64,000 nucleotides of DNA, taken from positions 3,232,001 through 3,296,000 of the forward strand of contig CBDCGL010000011.1 of assembly GCA_965216755.1 (NCBI GenBank), in the 5' to 3' direction. This document shows positions 42,169-52,981 of the stretch, in pieces. Numbering within the stretch: the stretch's first letter is position 1; each line of letters begins with the position of its first letter. The stretch comes from Alphaproteobacteria bacterium (GTDB lineage Bacteria; Pseudomonadota; Alphaproteobacteria; UBA7887). Under the pieces are notes generated by a model, which saw only the letters and a list, made by a program, of their open reading frames with translations, ran no database searches and had not been told where the DNA came from. A program made the position numbers and the translations under genes.

Positions 42169-42800
42169 GCGGGGGCTCGGTCAGGGCGCCGGCCAGCGCC
42201 GCCGCGTTTGGCCACAGTTGCAATGTTTCACGTGAAACATTGGCGCGTTGCCAGATTTATGTGGACTTTCTCGTTAGATGGCAGGCCAAGATCAACTTGA
42301 TCGGGCCCGCAACGACGGACACCATATGGCGACGTCACATGTGGGATTCCGCGCAACTTCGGCCGCATATCCCCAGCAACAGCACCGTGTTGGTCGATTT
42401 GGGTAGCGGTGCCGGATTTCCCGGCTTCGTCTTGGCCCTGCTGGGCCTGCCACAGGTCACATTGATCGACAGCGACAGCCGCAAATGCGCGTTCTTGCGA
42501 GAGGCGGCCCGACTTACGGAAACCAACGTTTGTATCATCAACGCGCGAATCGAAAATTTGACCGGCCCGTGCGCCGACGTCGTCACCGCCCGGGCCTGCG
42601 CACCACTCCCAAAATTGCTAGGTCACATCGAACGGTTTCTGCGGCGCGACGGCGTTGCGCTGGTCCACAAGGGCGCACGGGTTGCGGAGGAATTGACCGC
42701 CGCGCGAAAACACTGGACAATGTCCGTTGAACAGATCCGGAGCCTCTCGGATCCTCGGGGCAAATTGCTGAAAATCAAAGGCTTATCTCGTGTCGCCTGA
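42165..42800 (+). CDS. rsmG: 16S rRNA G527 N7-methyltransferase
   Basis: [28 protein letters not shown] overlap with mnmG. Confidence 0.95.
   Translation: MSGGSVRAPASAAAFGHSCNVSRETLARCQIYVDFLVRWQAKINLIGPATTDTIWRRHMWDSAQLRPHIPSNSTVLVDLGSGAGFPGFVLALLGLPQVTLIDSDSRKCAFLREAARLTETNVCIINARIENLTGPCADVVTARACAPLPKLLGHIERFLRRDGVALVHKGARVAEELTAARKHWTMSVEQIRSLSDPRGKLLKIKGLSRVA
42221..42242. promoter_or_regulatory. parS centromere site 2 (inside rsmG)
   Basis: Perfect palindrome CAATGTTTCACGTGAAACATTG, encoding NVSRET. Confidence 0.95.
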
Positions 42801-43608
42801 AGACCAACAAAGCTCGCTGCGGGCCTTGTCGGGCAAGCGCATTGTGATCGCCAACCAAAAGGGTGGGGTCGGCAAAACCACCACGGCGATCAATCTGGCA
42901 ACGGCTCTCGCGGCGCTCAAAAAGACCATTTTGCTGATCGATTTAGACCCGCAAGGCAATGCCAGCACGGGCATGGGCGTCGGTGCTGGCGATCGGGACA
43001 ACACCAGCTATGACGTGCTGATGAATGAATGCCCGCTTTGCGACGCGGTGATGACAACCTGCGTGCCGGGATTGGACTTGGTGCCGTCTGAGGTCGATTT
43101 GGCGGGCGCCGAACTGGAACTGATCGACCATCAGCGGCGCTCCCATCACCTGAGAGATGCATTGGCGACGTTCACCCACACTTACGACTTCGTCCTGATT
43201 GATTGCCCGCCATCCCTCGGCTTGTTGACACTTAACGCCTTGGTTGCGGCCGACACCGTGCTGATCCCCTTGCAATGCGAATTTTTTGCCCTCGAAGGCT
43301 TGAGCCAGTTGCTGCGCACAATCGAACGGGTGCGGCGAAACTTGAATCCCGGCATCGATATTCAGGGCATAGTTCTGACCATGTTCGACAAGCGCAACAA
43401 TCTGTCTGGACAGGTCGCCGCCGATGTCCGCGCCTATATGGGCGACAAGGTCTATGAGACAGTGATCCCCAGAAATGTCCGGGTGTCGGAGGCGCCATCT
43501 CATGGCAAGCCCGTGCTTCTCTACGATTATCGTTCAGCCGGCGCGCGGGCCTACATGCATTTGGTCAGTGAGATCCTGCGCCGCGAACATCAATCATCAG
43601 CGGCATGA
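42790..43608 (+). CDS. parA: Chromosome partitioning ATPase ParA
   Basis: NQKGGVGKTT, DLDPQGN, DCPPSL, IPRNVRVSEAPS. Confidence 0.97.
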   Translation: MSPEDQQSSLRALSGKRIVIANQKGGVGKTTTAINLATALAALKKTILLIDLDPQGNASTGMGVGAGDRDNTSYDVLMNECPLCDAVMTTCVPGLDLVPSEVDLAGAELELIDHQRRSHHLRDALATFTHTYDFVLIDCPPSLGLLTLNALVAADTVLIPLQCEFFALEGLSQLLRTIERVRRNLNPGIDIQGIVLTMFDKRNNLSGQVAADVRAYMGDKVYETVIPRNVRVSEAPSHGKPVLLYDYRSAGARAYMHLVSEILRREHQSSAA

Positions 43609-44474
43609 CAGCTAGACCGCGCCGGCTGGGACGTGGCCTGGAGGCCCTGCTCGGCGACACCGAACCGTCTGATTCGCCCACGGCGTCGTCCGAAAATGGG
43701 CGGCAACACGATGTCCCGATCGAAGCCTTATCCGCCGGGCCCTATCAGCCGCGTCGTCGCTTCGATCCCGGACAAATCGACGCTCTAGCCGACTCGATCC
43801 GTGAAAAAGGCATCATGCAGCCGATCTTGGTGCGGCCATTGTCAAATCAGGCTGGCCGCTACCAGATTGTCGCCGGGGAAAGGCGTTGGCGTGCCGCGCA
43901 ACGGGCGCGTCTGCACCGCGTGCCGGTTGTTGTTCACGCGCTCGCCGATCGCGAGGCGTTGGAAATTGCGATCATTGAGAACGTACAGCGCGAAGACCTG
44001 ACGCCCCTGGAAGAGGCTGACGGCTATCGGCGCTTGATGGACGAGTTCAGTGGCACGCAAGAAGAGATCGCGCGCATTGTCGGCAAGAGCCGCAGCCACA
44101 TCGCCAACACCCTGCGATTATTGGCGCTACCGGCGCCGGTCCGCGAAATGGTTGACGATAGCCGCCTTTCCGCCGGCCACGCACGGGCCTTGCTGACGGC
44201 GAAGGATCCAGCCGGGCTCGCCAAGACCGTGGTCAGCAAAGGCTGGAACGTGCGTCAGACCGAAGACGCGGTGCGTCGGGAAGGCCGCGTCCCATCGAAG
44301 TCGCCGGCAGCCCGCAATCCTGACGTGGTAGCGCTCGAGCACGACCTGGCGGCGGTCACTGGATTGAAGATCGTGATCTCGGATCGTGGCGAACGTGGCG
44401 ACGTGCGGATTGCTTATAATTCCCTCGAACAACTCGACGATATTATCCGGCGGTTGCGCAAGAGCTCGGTCTAA
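43605..44474 (+). CDS. parB: Chromosome partitioning protein ParB
   Basis: LGRGL, QPR, AGERRWRA, ENVQREDL, KSRSHIAN. Confidence 0.97.
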   Translation: MTARPRRLGRGLEALLGDTEPSDSPTASSENGRQHDVPIEALSAGPYQPRRRFDPGQIDALADSIREKGIMQPILVRPLSNQAGRYQIVAGERRWRAAQRARLHRVPVVVHALADREALEIAIIENVQREDLTPLEEADGYRRLMDEFSGTQEEIARIVGKSRSHIANTLRLLALPAPVREMVDDSRLSAGHARALLTAKDPAGLAKTVVSKGWNVRQTEDAVRREGRVPSKSPAARNPDVVALEHDLAAVTGLKIVISDRGERGDVRIAYNSLEQLDDIIRRLRKSSV

Positions 44475-44586
44475 GCCTTGTCATTGTGGCCTCATTGCGT
44501 GGCAGAAATATTCACAGCCCAAACGATCTCGTTTTCGTAACGACGTTGGGTTTCATGTCTCGCTTCCGCAACGGGCTCGCGAGGCA

Positions 44587-45621
44587 TCACACAATTTCGT
44601 TTTGATGGCGACGCGATGCTTCGGTGATGCGCATCAACGCCAAGCCGGCGATTAGCGTCGCCGGCATGCCGGTGCGCTTGCACTGCGCCTCCGCATCAAG
44701 AACCATATCCATGGCCGTTACCAAGTCCTTCACCGGCCAACGGCGCGCTTGCCGCTGAAATGCTGGTGCTCTCTTGAAATGGGGGCGTGGTTTTAACGCC
44801 GCGACGGCGCGATCCAGCGCCACGCCATCGACGACCTGGCCCTTCACCAGGTGCAACCGCTGCAGATGGCGCCCGATCGTGCGCAAACAAGGCACGGGAC
44901 CAACACCGTCCATGGCAAGCCGGCGCCACGCCCGGCTGGCGGTGGCATGGTCGCCGCCGCCCACGGCGTCCGCCAACATGTCCATCGTCGCAACGGCATT
45001 GTCGCCGACGCTATCGGCGACATCGTCGGCCGTAATCCGCCGTTCCGGTCCGACGTAAAGGGCAAGCTTTTCAACCTCTGTGCGGGCCATCCGTCGGTCG
45101 GCGCTGAGCTGCTCGGCGAGCAACGCCAAGGCGTCGCGCTCGATCTCGACCCCGAGCTCAGACAAGACCGCACGCGCCACCGCGGGCAAGCTTTCACCAT
45201 CATCTTCGTAGCACGGCAAAGCCGCGGCGATATCGTGCTTTTCGAACAGCCGTCGCAGGGCACCTGGCCTCAGATCGCCAGCGTCGACCACAACGAGGCT
45301 ATCACCGACCGGTGCGTCCAAGAACGCGGCCAGGACGACGGCCGCGTCGTCACCCGCATCGTGCAGCCGTACGACACGGCGGCCGCCGGTTAACGCCTGG
45401 GCCGCGGCTTCGTCGGCAAGACGCGCCGGATCGGCGCGCAGGGCGACCGCGGTGATGTCGGCGACCCGAAACGGGTCCCGCAAGTCATCGACGACAGACT
45501 TGGCCAGCGCGCCGGCCCGATCCGCAACCAAACCGCGGTTCGGACCATATACGAGAACAGCGCGAACATTGGAATCAGGCGCACGCACGAAGGTTTCGAT
45601 GCGCCGCCCGGACAATTTCAT
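44587..45621 (-). CDS. holA: DNA polymerase III delta subunit
   Basis: LVYGPNRGLV, DPARLADE, EVEKLALY. Conserved leuS-lptE-holA order. Confidence 0.93.
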   Translation of the reverse strand: MKLSGRRIETFVRAPDSNVRAVLVYGPNRGLVADRAGALAKSVVDDLRDPFRVADITAVALRADPARLADEAAAQALTGGRRVVRLHDAGDDAAVVLAAFLDAPVGDSLVVVDAGDLRPGALRRLFEKHDIAAALPCYEDDGESLPAVARAVLSELGVEIERDALALLAEQLSADRRMARTEVEKLALYVGPERRITADDVADSVGDNAVATMDMLADAVGGGDHATASRAWRRLAMDGVGPVPCLRTIGRHLQRLHLVKGQVVDGVALDRAVAALKPRPHFKRAPAFQRQARRWPVKDLVTAMDMVLDAEAQCKRTGMPATLIAGLALMRITEASRRHQNEIV

Positions 45622-46157
45622 GGCGCGGCTGCCGCCAGGCGTCGTTCGAAAAACAAAGTCAAATTCAGGGCGACGTCGTCCGAGACAACCTTGGCAGCTT
45701 GGCTGGCGGCATCCTTTTCCGCAGCCAATGTCGCGAAATTCTGGCCTTCGACCACATTGTAGCTGGCAGCAGCTGTAACCTCACCTTGATGCAGGGTGCT
45801 CTCGTTGTTGGCATCGGCCAACACATATGTTGCCGTAACGACAAAATCGAACCGGCGGGTGCGGCTGTCGCGTTCGGTGATCAAGGCAATCGAACTGGTG
45901 CTTAGCGTATAGGACAGGGTGTAGCGCGCGGGCGTCACCAAGCCGCGCGGCGCCAGGGCGTCGCGCAAGTGATTGTAGACTTCGACGTCTAGGCGGTTCT
46001 GCGGTGCCGCCGGCTGAATCGCGGCCAACTCTTGACGCACGGCCGCGCTGGTCAAGCCACCATGTAACGGGCGAAATCCACAACCCACCAGCTGGCTCGA
46101 CATCAAGACCACAAAAACTGCACCGATCAGGAATTTTGTCGGTCTAAATGACGACAT
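45618..46157 (-). CDS. lptE: LPS-assembly lipoprotein LptE
   Basis: Lipobox LVGCGFRPL. Lies between leuS and holA. Confidence 0.88.
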   Translation of the reverse strand: MSSFRPTKFLIGAVFVVLMSSQLVGCGFRPLHGGLTSAAVRQELAAIQPAAPQNRLDVEVYNHLRDALAPRGLVTPARYTLSYTLSTSSIALITERDSRTRRFDFVVTATYVLADANNESTLHQGEVTAAASYNVVEGQNFATLAAEKDAASQAAKVVSDDVALNLTLFFERRLAAAAP

Positions 46158-48705
46158 TCACCACCTTATTCGGCACCACAATAACTTTCCGGATTGGTTT
46201 ATCGCCGATCACGGCCGCGATGGCTGGATCGGCCAACGCCGCGGATTCGGTTGTGTCGCGATCCGCGTCGGCTTTCAAAGTGAGAGTCGCGCGCAGCTTT
46301 CCATTGACTTGTATGGCTAACGTAACGTTTTCCTCAAGAATCAATCGCGGGTCGGCCTCGGGCCACGGCATGTCGGCCAAATAGCGCTTATGGTCCAGCA
46401 TCTGCCATAGCTCTTCGGCCAAATGCGGCACCATCGGGCCCAGCACGCGCACCAATGTTTCCAGCGCTTCGCGGCGGGCCCAGGCATCACTTTTGCTATC
46501 GCCATCAAACGCGGTGATCGCGTTTCCAAGTTCGCGGGCGCGCGCCACCGCGCGGTTGAATCGGAACTTGCCCAGATCGTCGGTGATGTTATGAATGGTC
46601 TTGTGCGATTGCCGGCGCAATTCCTCGGCGGCGTCGCCGAACGCCTTCGGTCGCCGCGCCTTGACCGATGCCACCGGACCGGCCGGTTCGGTGACCATGC
46701 GCCAAACCCTTTGCAGAAAGCGCCAGGCGCCGTCGACTCCGGCCTCGGTCCATTCGACGTCGCGTTCGGGCGGGCTGTCCGATAGCATGAACAATCGTGC
46801 GGTGTCGGCGCCGTAGCTAGCAATGATCGATTCCGGGTCGACGACGTTCTTTTTCGATTTGCTCATGCTTTCGGATCGACCGAGCTCGACGGGCGCGCCT
46901 GTCTCCCGATGGTGCCACGCTCCTTTGTCGTCGCGCACCACGTCTTCGGGGAACAGCCATTTGCCGTCTGCGTCACGATAGGTTTCGTGACAGACCATGC
47001 CCTGTGCCAACAAGCCGCTGAACGGCTCGTCGATTGCGAGGTAGCCGCACGCTTTCAACGCCCGCACAAAAAACCGCGAATACAACAAGTGCAGGATGGC
47101 ATGCTCGATACCGCCAACATACTGATCTACGGGCAGCCAATGGTCGACTGCGGTCCGATCCAATGGTTGGTCGGATTTGGCGCATGCGAAGCGCGCGAAA
47201 TACCATGACGAATCGACGAAGGTGTCGAACGTATCCGTTTCTCTTTGGGCGTCGCCGCCGCAGTTCGGACAGGCAACATGTTTCCAGGTTGGGTGCCGAT
47301 CCAACGGATTGCCCGGCTGGTCAAACGTGACATCGTCCGGCAGCAGCACCGGCAGTTCGGCTTCCGGAACCGCCACGATGCCGCAGCCATCGCAATGAAT
47401 CACCGGAATCGGGCAGCCCCAATAGCGCTGGCGTGACACACCCCAATCGCGCAATCGATATGTGGTGCGCACTTCACCATCGCCGGACGGGGTCAGGCGC
47501 CCAGCCACCGCCTGTTTGGCATCTTCAACGCTCAGGCCATTGAGAAAATCCGAATTTATCAACACGCCGTCGCCGACAAACGCAGTGTCACCAACGGCGA
47601 AATCATCGCCGGCGTCGGGCGGTTTCACCACCGGCAGCACAGGCAGGTCGTATTTTCGCGCGAACTCAAGATCGCGCTGGTCGTGCGCCGGGCAGCCGAA
47701 AATGGCGCCGCTGCCATAGTCCATCAGCACGAAGTTGGCGACATAGATCGGCAATGTTGCGCCGTCTTGCAATGGATGCAGCGCGCGCAACCCGGTGTCG
47801 TAACCCAGCTTTTCCGCCTGCTCGATGGCCGCCTCGCTGGTGCCGAGCTGATTACAGCGGGCGATAAAGGCAGCCAGGTCGTCGTCTTGACACGCCAACG
47901 CCTCGGCTAGGGGATGATTGGGTGCAATGGCGCAGAAGCTGGCGCCATACAAGGTGTCGGGGCGGGTTGTGAACACCTCCAGGCGATCGTCTCGGTCGGA
48001 CATCCGGAACCACAGGGTCATGCCGTGCGAGCGACCGACCCAGTTGCGCTGCATGGTGCGTACGGACTCCGGCCACCGGTCCATGGTGTCGAGTGCTTCC
48101 AGCAATTCGTCGCTATAGGCCGTGATCCGCAGCATCCATTGCTGCAGCAATTTTCGCTCAACGGGTGCGCCTGAACGCCAGCCTTTGCCGTCGATAACCT
48201 GTTCGTTGGCCAACACCGTTTGATCGACCGGATCCCAGTTGACCCAGGACTCCTTGCGGTAAGCCAAATCGGCTTTCAAGAAATCCAAAAACATCTTCTG
48301 TTCGTGCTTGTAGTAATCCGGCGAACAGGTTGCGATTTCAGTCGACCAATCGTAGGACAGCCCCATCGACTGCAACTGCCGCCGCATGGTGGCGATGTTG
48401 TCCCAGGTCCAGGTCGCGGGATGGATGTTCTGTTCCATGGCGGCATTTTCCGCCGGCATGCCAAAAGCGTCCCAACCCATGGGATGCAAAACATCATGGC
48501 CTTGCGCGCGCTTGAAGCGGGCAATCACATCGCCAAGCGTGTAGACGCGCACATGGCCCATGTGAATGCGGCCCGACGGATACGGAAACATTTCCAAGAC
48601 ATAATATTTCGGCCGATCGGACGGCGCCGGCGTCGCAAAGCACGCGGCATCCTGCCACAGTTGCTGCCACCGCCGCTCGCATTCTTGGGCGTTATATCGC
48701 GCCAT
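46144..48705 (-). CDS. leuS: Leucine--tRNA ligase
   Basis: [37 protein letters not shown]. Confidence 0.98.
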   Translation of the reverse strand: MARYNAQECERRWQQLWQDAACFATPAPSDRPKYYVLEMFPYPSGRIHMGHVRVYTLGDVIARFKRAQGHDVLHPMGWDAFGMPAENAAMEQNIHPATWTWDNIATMRRQLQSMGLSYDWSTEIATCSPDYYKHEQKMFLDFLKADLAYRKESWVNWDPVDQTVLANEQVIDGKGWRSGAPVERKLLQQWMLRITAYSDELLEALDTMDRWPESVRTMQRNWVGRSHGMTLWFRMSDRDDRLEVFTTRPDTLYGASFCAIAPNHPLAEALACQDDDLAAFIARCNQLGTSEAAIEQAEKLGYDTGLRALHPLQDGATLPIYVANFVLMDYGSGAIFGCPAHDQRDLEFARKYDLPVLPVVKPPDAGDDFAVGDTAFVGDGVLINSDFLNGLSVEDAKQAVAGRLTPSGDGEVRTTYRLRDWGVSRQRYWGCPIPVIHCDGCGIVAVPEAELPVLLPDDVTFDQPGNPLDRHPTWKHVACPNCGGDAQRETDTFDTFVDSSWYFARFACAKSDQPLDRTAVDHWLPVDQYVGGIEHAILHLLYSRFFVRALKACGYLAIDEPFSGLLAQGMVCHETYRDADGKWLFPEDVVRDDKGAWHHRETGAPVELGRSESMSKSKKNVVDPESIIASYGADTARLFMLSDSPPERDVEWTEAGVDGAWRFLQRVWRMVTEPAGPVASVKARRPKAFGDAAEELRRQSHKTIHNITDDLGKFRFNRAVARARELGNAITAFDGDSKSDAWARREALETLVRVLGPMVPHLAEELWQMLDHKRYLADMPWPEADPRLILEENVTLAIQVNGKLRATLTLKADADRDTTESAALADPAIAAVIGDKPIRKVIVVPNKVVNVVI

Positions 48706-48789
48706 GGGAATCCTGTTCCACGCACGCAGCGTGAGGTCAAGAAAGGAAAGCCAGCCGAACCGAACCCGGTGTCGGGTGCACCAAGCCGA

Positions 48790-49386
48790 TTACTGGCTGG
48801 CCAATGTCTTGATGCGCAATTGACGGGCGCGGGTCAAAATCGTGTTCTCCAGGTCGGTATTCATGGTGTCGCTGACCGCAACGTCCACCCAGTTCCCTTG
48901 GCCACGCTGCACCTGACGAAACACTGACACCCGAATACCATCGGCGCGCAATGTGCGATCCAGAATATAGACTGTAACTTTGAAGCGCTCGCCGGGGGAT
49001 TCGGGCGGCGCGTACCAATCCGTGATGATCACGCCGCCGAACGGATCGGCCGAGCTCAAAGGTAGAAACGACAGCGTATCCAGGGCGCCGCGCCACAGAT
49101 AGCTGTTGACGCCGATGCCGCCGCCAGAAGGGCCTGCCTCCTCGTCTGAGCTATCACCAAACAACACGATGCCGTCACCCCCAAACAAACTCGAGCTATC
49201 GTAACTGCGGGTTCGGCCGCCTTTCTTCAAAGTGCCGGTCGGATAGGGGTTGTCGGATGGGTATTCCGCCTCGACCAACGGGCTGTCGGTCGAACACGCC
49301 GCCACCATGAAGGCCAGCCCGGCGGCCGCCGTCATTCTAAGAACTTTCCGGTCCACCGCTCTCGGCCGATTGTTGTGTGTTTGCAT
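48790..49386 (-). CDS. DUF3576 lipoprotein
   Basis: Lipobox VAAC; GVNSYLWRGALDTLSFLPL.SADPFGGVIITDWY; ILTRARQLR. Confidence 0.9.
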   Translation of the reverse strand: MQTHNNRPRAVDRKVLRMTAAAGLAFMVAACSTDSPLVEAEYPSDNPYPTGTLKKGGRTRSYDSSSLFGGDGIVLFGDSSDEEAGPSGGGIGVNSYLWRGALDTLSFLPLSSADPFGGVIITDWYAPPESPGERFKVTVYILDRTLRADGIRVSVFRQVQRGQGNWVDVAVSDTMNTDLENTILTRARQLRIKTLASQ

Positions 49387-49477
49387 AAAACTGCCCACGC
49401 TACTGCAACGTCCGCCCTTTGGCTGCCATGGCAGCCGACAAACAACCAGGATGTCATCGACCTGCCACAAACAAGCA

Positions 49478-49507
49478 GAAGGGCGATAGCATAAGCTACC
49501 GCCCTTC
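49478..49507 (-). terminator. Intrinsic terminator of the porin gene
   Basis: Hairpin GAAGGGCG(A)TAGC-ataa-GCTA(C)CGCCCTTC with a T-rich tail on the minus strand. Confidence 0.7.
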
Positions 49508-49536
49508 GTAAAGATGTAGGTGTTTAAGACGCGAGA

Positions 49537-50814
49537 CTAGAAGCTCACATAAACACCCGTCAGCAGTGCGAGACCTGAATTATCGCCGCTTGCGCCTGCC
49601 GCGAGCGGAACTGCCGACCCTGGCGTAAAGTCATAGTCGAAGTGCACAACTTCACCGTACCATTTCAGGCCCGGCGCCACGTCATACCCGACACCGAAAC
49701 CGATTCCGGTGAAGTCAAATTCGTCCGTGGTACCCGTGGCAGTCGCAGTTCCCGCATTGGCTGCCGCCTCGGTATTCGTGCGGCTCGCGCCAGCACGGTG
49801 GGTGTCTACATACTGCAGTTCGAACGCCCACGGACCCAAGAAATAAGCGGCGTCAAGGGTCCAGCCGGTACTCTCGAACCCAAAGTCGCGGTTTTTCAAT
49901 GCGCCGGTATTGCCGTCGTCGAAATATGTTGCGCCCAACTGGAAGCCCGCATAGCGAAGGACAGCGCCCACTTCCCACACACCAAGGCCGGTGACTTCGT
50001 TGTTAATGTTCAACCCGGTCGGGGCGGACGCCAAGTCGCTGTCGCTCATGGAGCCAACGACCGACAAGGCGAGGCTCATCGGGCCGAAATCGCCATTATA
50101 TTGGGCGCCGAGTTCGATCACGTCCTTAAACGCCGACGCACCGTTGTTTTCCGAAAACGGATTAGTCGCCGGCGTACCGGTATAGTCGCGATTTTCCGGC
50201 ACATAACTGACACCCGCTTGGAGACCGGCCACGACAGGTGTGAAGTAGGAAACCTTCGCGCCATAGGTGAACCAGTTGGCGTTGCCGCCGCCGTCACGGA
50301 AGCCCGGCCCACCCGGTGACGGGTTGACACGGTAGGACTTGAACGGCGTATCAATAAGACCGTTCGAGGCATAGGTATTACAGACCGGACACAGGTTCAT
50401 CTGTGTGTCGGCGCCCGGCCAGTTCCCCAATTCCAGCGAACCCCAACCGCCGGAGAAATAAATGTATTCCCGTCCCGGGAATCCGCTTGTTGTCGCGGCG
50501 CCCGTCTGGGTCCAAGCAGCTTGACCGGTCGCCAAATGGATTTTGGCACCATATACCAATCCGTTGTCCGCGGTCAGCTCACCGTTAAAGAACACCTCGG
50601 CGAACCGGCCGTTGACAAAACCGCCATCACGGGTCCCGGTCGAATTGACGTTGTCGTCGTTGTCCGCGATACCGGCCTCAAATTGCGCCACGATCGACGC
50701 CGAGAGGATCGGCGTCCCCTCCTCGGTCTTCGATTGGATCGGCATCGCCATCGCCCCCGATGCGATGACCGACGCGCCCATGAGAGCGGTCGTGCCCATC
50801 AATAACTTCTTCAT
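49537..50814 (-). CDS. Major outer-membrane porin (Porin_4-like)
   Basis: Signal MKKLLMGTTAL..AMA; ADNGLVYG; KVSYFTP..GLQAGVSY; YDVAPGL; C-terminal Phe. Confidence 0.92.
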   Translation of the reverse strand: MKKLLMGTTALMGASVIASGAMAMPIQSKTEEGTPILSASIVAQFEAGIADNDDNVNSTGTRDGGFVNGRFAEVFFNGELTADNGLVYGAKIHLATGQAAWTQTGAATTSGFPGREYIYFSGGWGSLELGNWPGADTQMNLCPVCNTYASNGLIDTPFKSYRVNPSPGGPGFRDGGGNANWFTYGAKVSYFTPVVAGLQAGVSYVPENRDYTGTPATNPFSENNGASAFKDVIELGAQYNGDFGPMSLALSVVGSMSDSDLASAPTGLNINNEVTGLGVWEVGAVLRYAGFQLGATYFDDGNTGALKNRDFGFESTGWTLDAAYFLGPWAFELQYVDTHRAGASRTNTEAAANAGTATATGTTDEFDFTGIGFGVGYDVAPGLKWYGEVVHFDYDFTPGSAVPLAAGASGDNSGLALLTGVYVSF

Positions 50815-51009
50815 TGTCCTTCGACCTCCACCTTCGGGCCCGTCCGACCCGTCATTTTCGTGTAGCTCGTGATCCAGAACGGATCACCTTGCGACGTGCA
50901 ACGCGTTTTGACACCACGCGCCAACCAAATGATAAATGCCGACAACCCCTTAAGATCAACAATATGTCGCTTTTCGCTGCACCAATTTTGGCACGCTGTG
51001 ATAGATTTG

Positions 51010-52977
51010 TCACAAAATGGGAGCGTGCGCGGCGCTGTCGGCTGACGTCAGGCGTCCCATCGTCAGGTCAAGATATTTTTCATAGCGTCGGGCGCGGCCC
51101 ACCGACCCCGCGACAGACTGTAAATCGCCTTTGAAAACCGCAAATCGGTCCGGATCGATTCGGGGCCGAACCGGATCACGCGTTAGGCCCAGAAAATCTA
51201 CCAACTGATCACGGACGATCTCGGGCTCGGCGAGTAGCGCGTCATAGAGCAGGTTTGTGGTGTCGGCCGTCGACACGCTTGACCAGTGGGTCATGAGTCG
51301 ATCATAGGCCAACCAAAAGCCGGCCAGATTGTCCAAATCATACGCATAGGTGGTGACACCCGCGTAATCGGCGAAATAGCAGGCTAAACATGTATCGGCA
51401 GGGTCGCGTGTGCAGTGGATGATTTTGGCATGCGGAAACAACAGCGAGATGATTCCGAGATGTTGGAAATTGGCGGGAATGCGCTCGACCACATGGCTGG
51501 CATCGGGGCAGAGTTCGGCCAGCTGGCCCAGATGAGCACTGGCGCAGCTGTTCAGTGCCGCGCTGTCAATGGCATCCATCTTGTCGAGATAGCCGAATGG
51601 CGTGCCGGCCAGATTGGCCAGGCTTTGGTTTAGCAAAGGGCGTTCACCGATGCTGCCGACGCCATCGATCAGCGATAACAAATCAGCCACTTCGTCGACG
51701 CCGGATTCCTGCATTCCGACCACGAACACCGGACACGGCGCCGAAGGGGTGGCGCGCGCGAGATCGCTCATACGCGCGGCGGGAAATGTCGTGATCAGTC
51801 GGTCCGTCAGTGTTTCCAAAGCTTCGGCGTCATGATCGACGCGCTTCAACCGATTGGCGTCGGTCAAATGGCCGAATGCGGCATCGATGGTGCCGGCGCG
51901 GTCTTCCAGGCGGGCGAGGGCGAACAACAAGCCACGTTCGGTTGCTGGCGATAGATCGGGTTGGGCAAGCATCTCTGCCAGCCACGCGCGCTCCGCGGCG
52001 GTATCGTCCCCCTTCAAAGCCAGGGTCGCTGCGGCCAGCGCCACATCGGGGTCGTCGCGATCACTGTCCCGCAACGGGGCCAAGAGGTCGGTCGCGATGT
52101 CGCGGGCGCCGGCCTGATCCAGGCCGATCGCCGCTTGGGCGATCGACGCGGCGTGGCCGTTGGCTTTGCGCGCGGCGGTGCGAAAAGCCTCGAGCGCCGC
52201 GTCGGGGTCGCCAGCCTGCAGGTGGACATAACCGCGCTCAAGCGCCATGGCGCCACCGGCGCTGGCGCGTTCTTGGGCGTCATGCAAACAGGCGATGGCG
52301 TCGTCGAACCGGCCCAACAATCGATAGGCGTTGCCCAATCGGTGCTGCACAACGGCGTGGCCCGACGCCAAGCGATCGGCCTCCAGATAATGGCGTACCG
52401 CCGAATCGACCGCGCCGCGCATGATTTCGACGTCGCCCAAGGCAATGCGAATCTGCGGCACGGAGGGAGCCATGCGCGCGGCCCGCCCTAGGTGATCGAC
52501 GGCCTGATCAAGTGCGCCCGATTCGGCCATGGCGCGGCCCAAATTGAACCGCATTTGGGCGTCGCTCTGGGCCAGTGCGACCGCTTTGCTCAAACTGACG
52601 ACGCCGTTGTCATGGTCGCCAACCGCGTTCTGCGCAAGCCCGAGATTGTTCCAGGCACCGGCGAACGAGGGGTCCAGGTCGGTGGCTTTTTGGCACACGG
52701 CCGCCGCCTCATCGGGCGCGCCGGCGGCCAGCAAGACCTGGCCGAGGCCGTTGAGCACGCTGGGGTTGTCGGGCTCGAACCGCGCCGCCTTCTCCAGATA
52801 ATCGCGCGCCTTGTCGACTTCGCCCTTGGCTTGGTGCATCAGCCCGATATGCATCAGGGCGCCGGCATGGCGCGGCGAACGTTGCAAGACTTCACGATAT
52901 CGTTGTTCCGCGCCGGCCAGGTCGCCCTGTTGATGGGCAACCACACCGGCTTGAAAGGCTTTACTCACACTCGACAT
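51010..52977 (-). CDS. TPR-repeat sulfotransferase-family protein with degenerate PAPS motif
   Basis: N-terminal TPRs and a C-terminal sulfotransferase fold (LFPHAKIIHCTRDPADTCLACY). The 5'-PSB loop reads GMQESGVD. Confidence 0.88.
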   Translation of the reverse strand: MSSVSKAFQAGVVAHQQGDLAGAEQRYREVLQRSPRHAGALMHIGLMHQAKGEVDKARDYLEKAARFEPDNPSVLNGLGQVLLAAGAPDEAAAVCQKATDLDPSFAGAWNNLGLAQNAVGDHDNGVVSLSKAVALAQSDAQMRFNLGRAMAESGALDQAVDHLGRAARMAPSVPQIRIALGDVEIMRGAVDSAVRHYLEADRLASGHAVVQHRLGNAYRLLGRFDDAIACLHDAQERASAGGAMALERGYVHLQAGDPDAALEAFRTAARKANGHAASIAQAAIGLDQAGARDIATDLLAPLRDSDRDDPDVALAAATLALKGDDTAAERAWLAEMLAQPDLSPATERGLLFALARLEDRAGTIDAAFGHLTDANRLKRVDHDAEALETLTDRLITTFPAARMSDLARATPSAPCPVFVVGMQESGVDEVADLLSLIDGVGSIGERPLLNQSLANLAGTPFGYLDKMDAIDSAALNSCASAHLGQLAELCPDASHVVERIPANFQHLGIISLLFPHAKIIHCTRDPADTCLACYFADYAGVTTYAYDLDNLAGFWLAYDRLMTHWSSVSTADTTNLLYDALLAEPEIVRDQLVDFLGLTRDPVRPRIDPDRFAVFKGDLQSVAGSVGRARRYEKYLDLTMGRLTSADSAAHAPIL

Positions 52978-52981
52978 CAGA

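Noticed and set aside
44549-44564. Third parS downstream of parB (GGTTTCATGTCTCGCT)
   Set aside because: Only one degenerate half-site.
46855-46872. LeuS KMSKS motif reads SMSKS
   Set aside because: The catalytic second Lys is retained; this is a tolerated variant and not inactivation.
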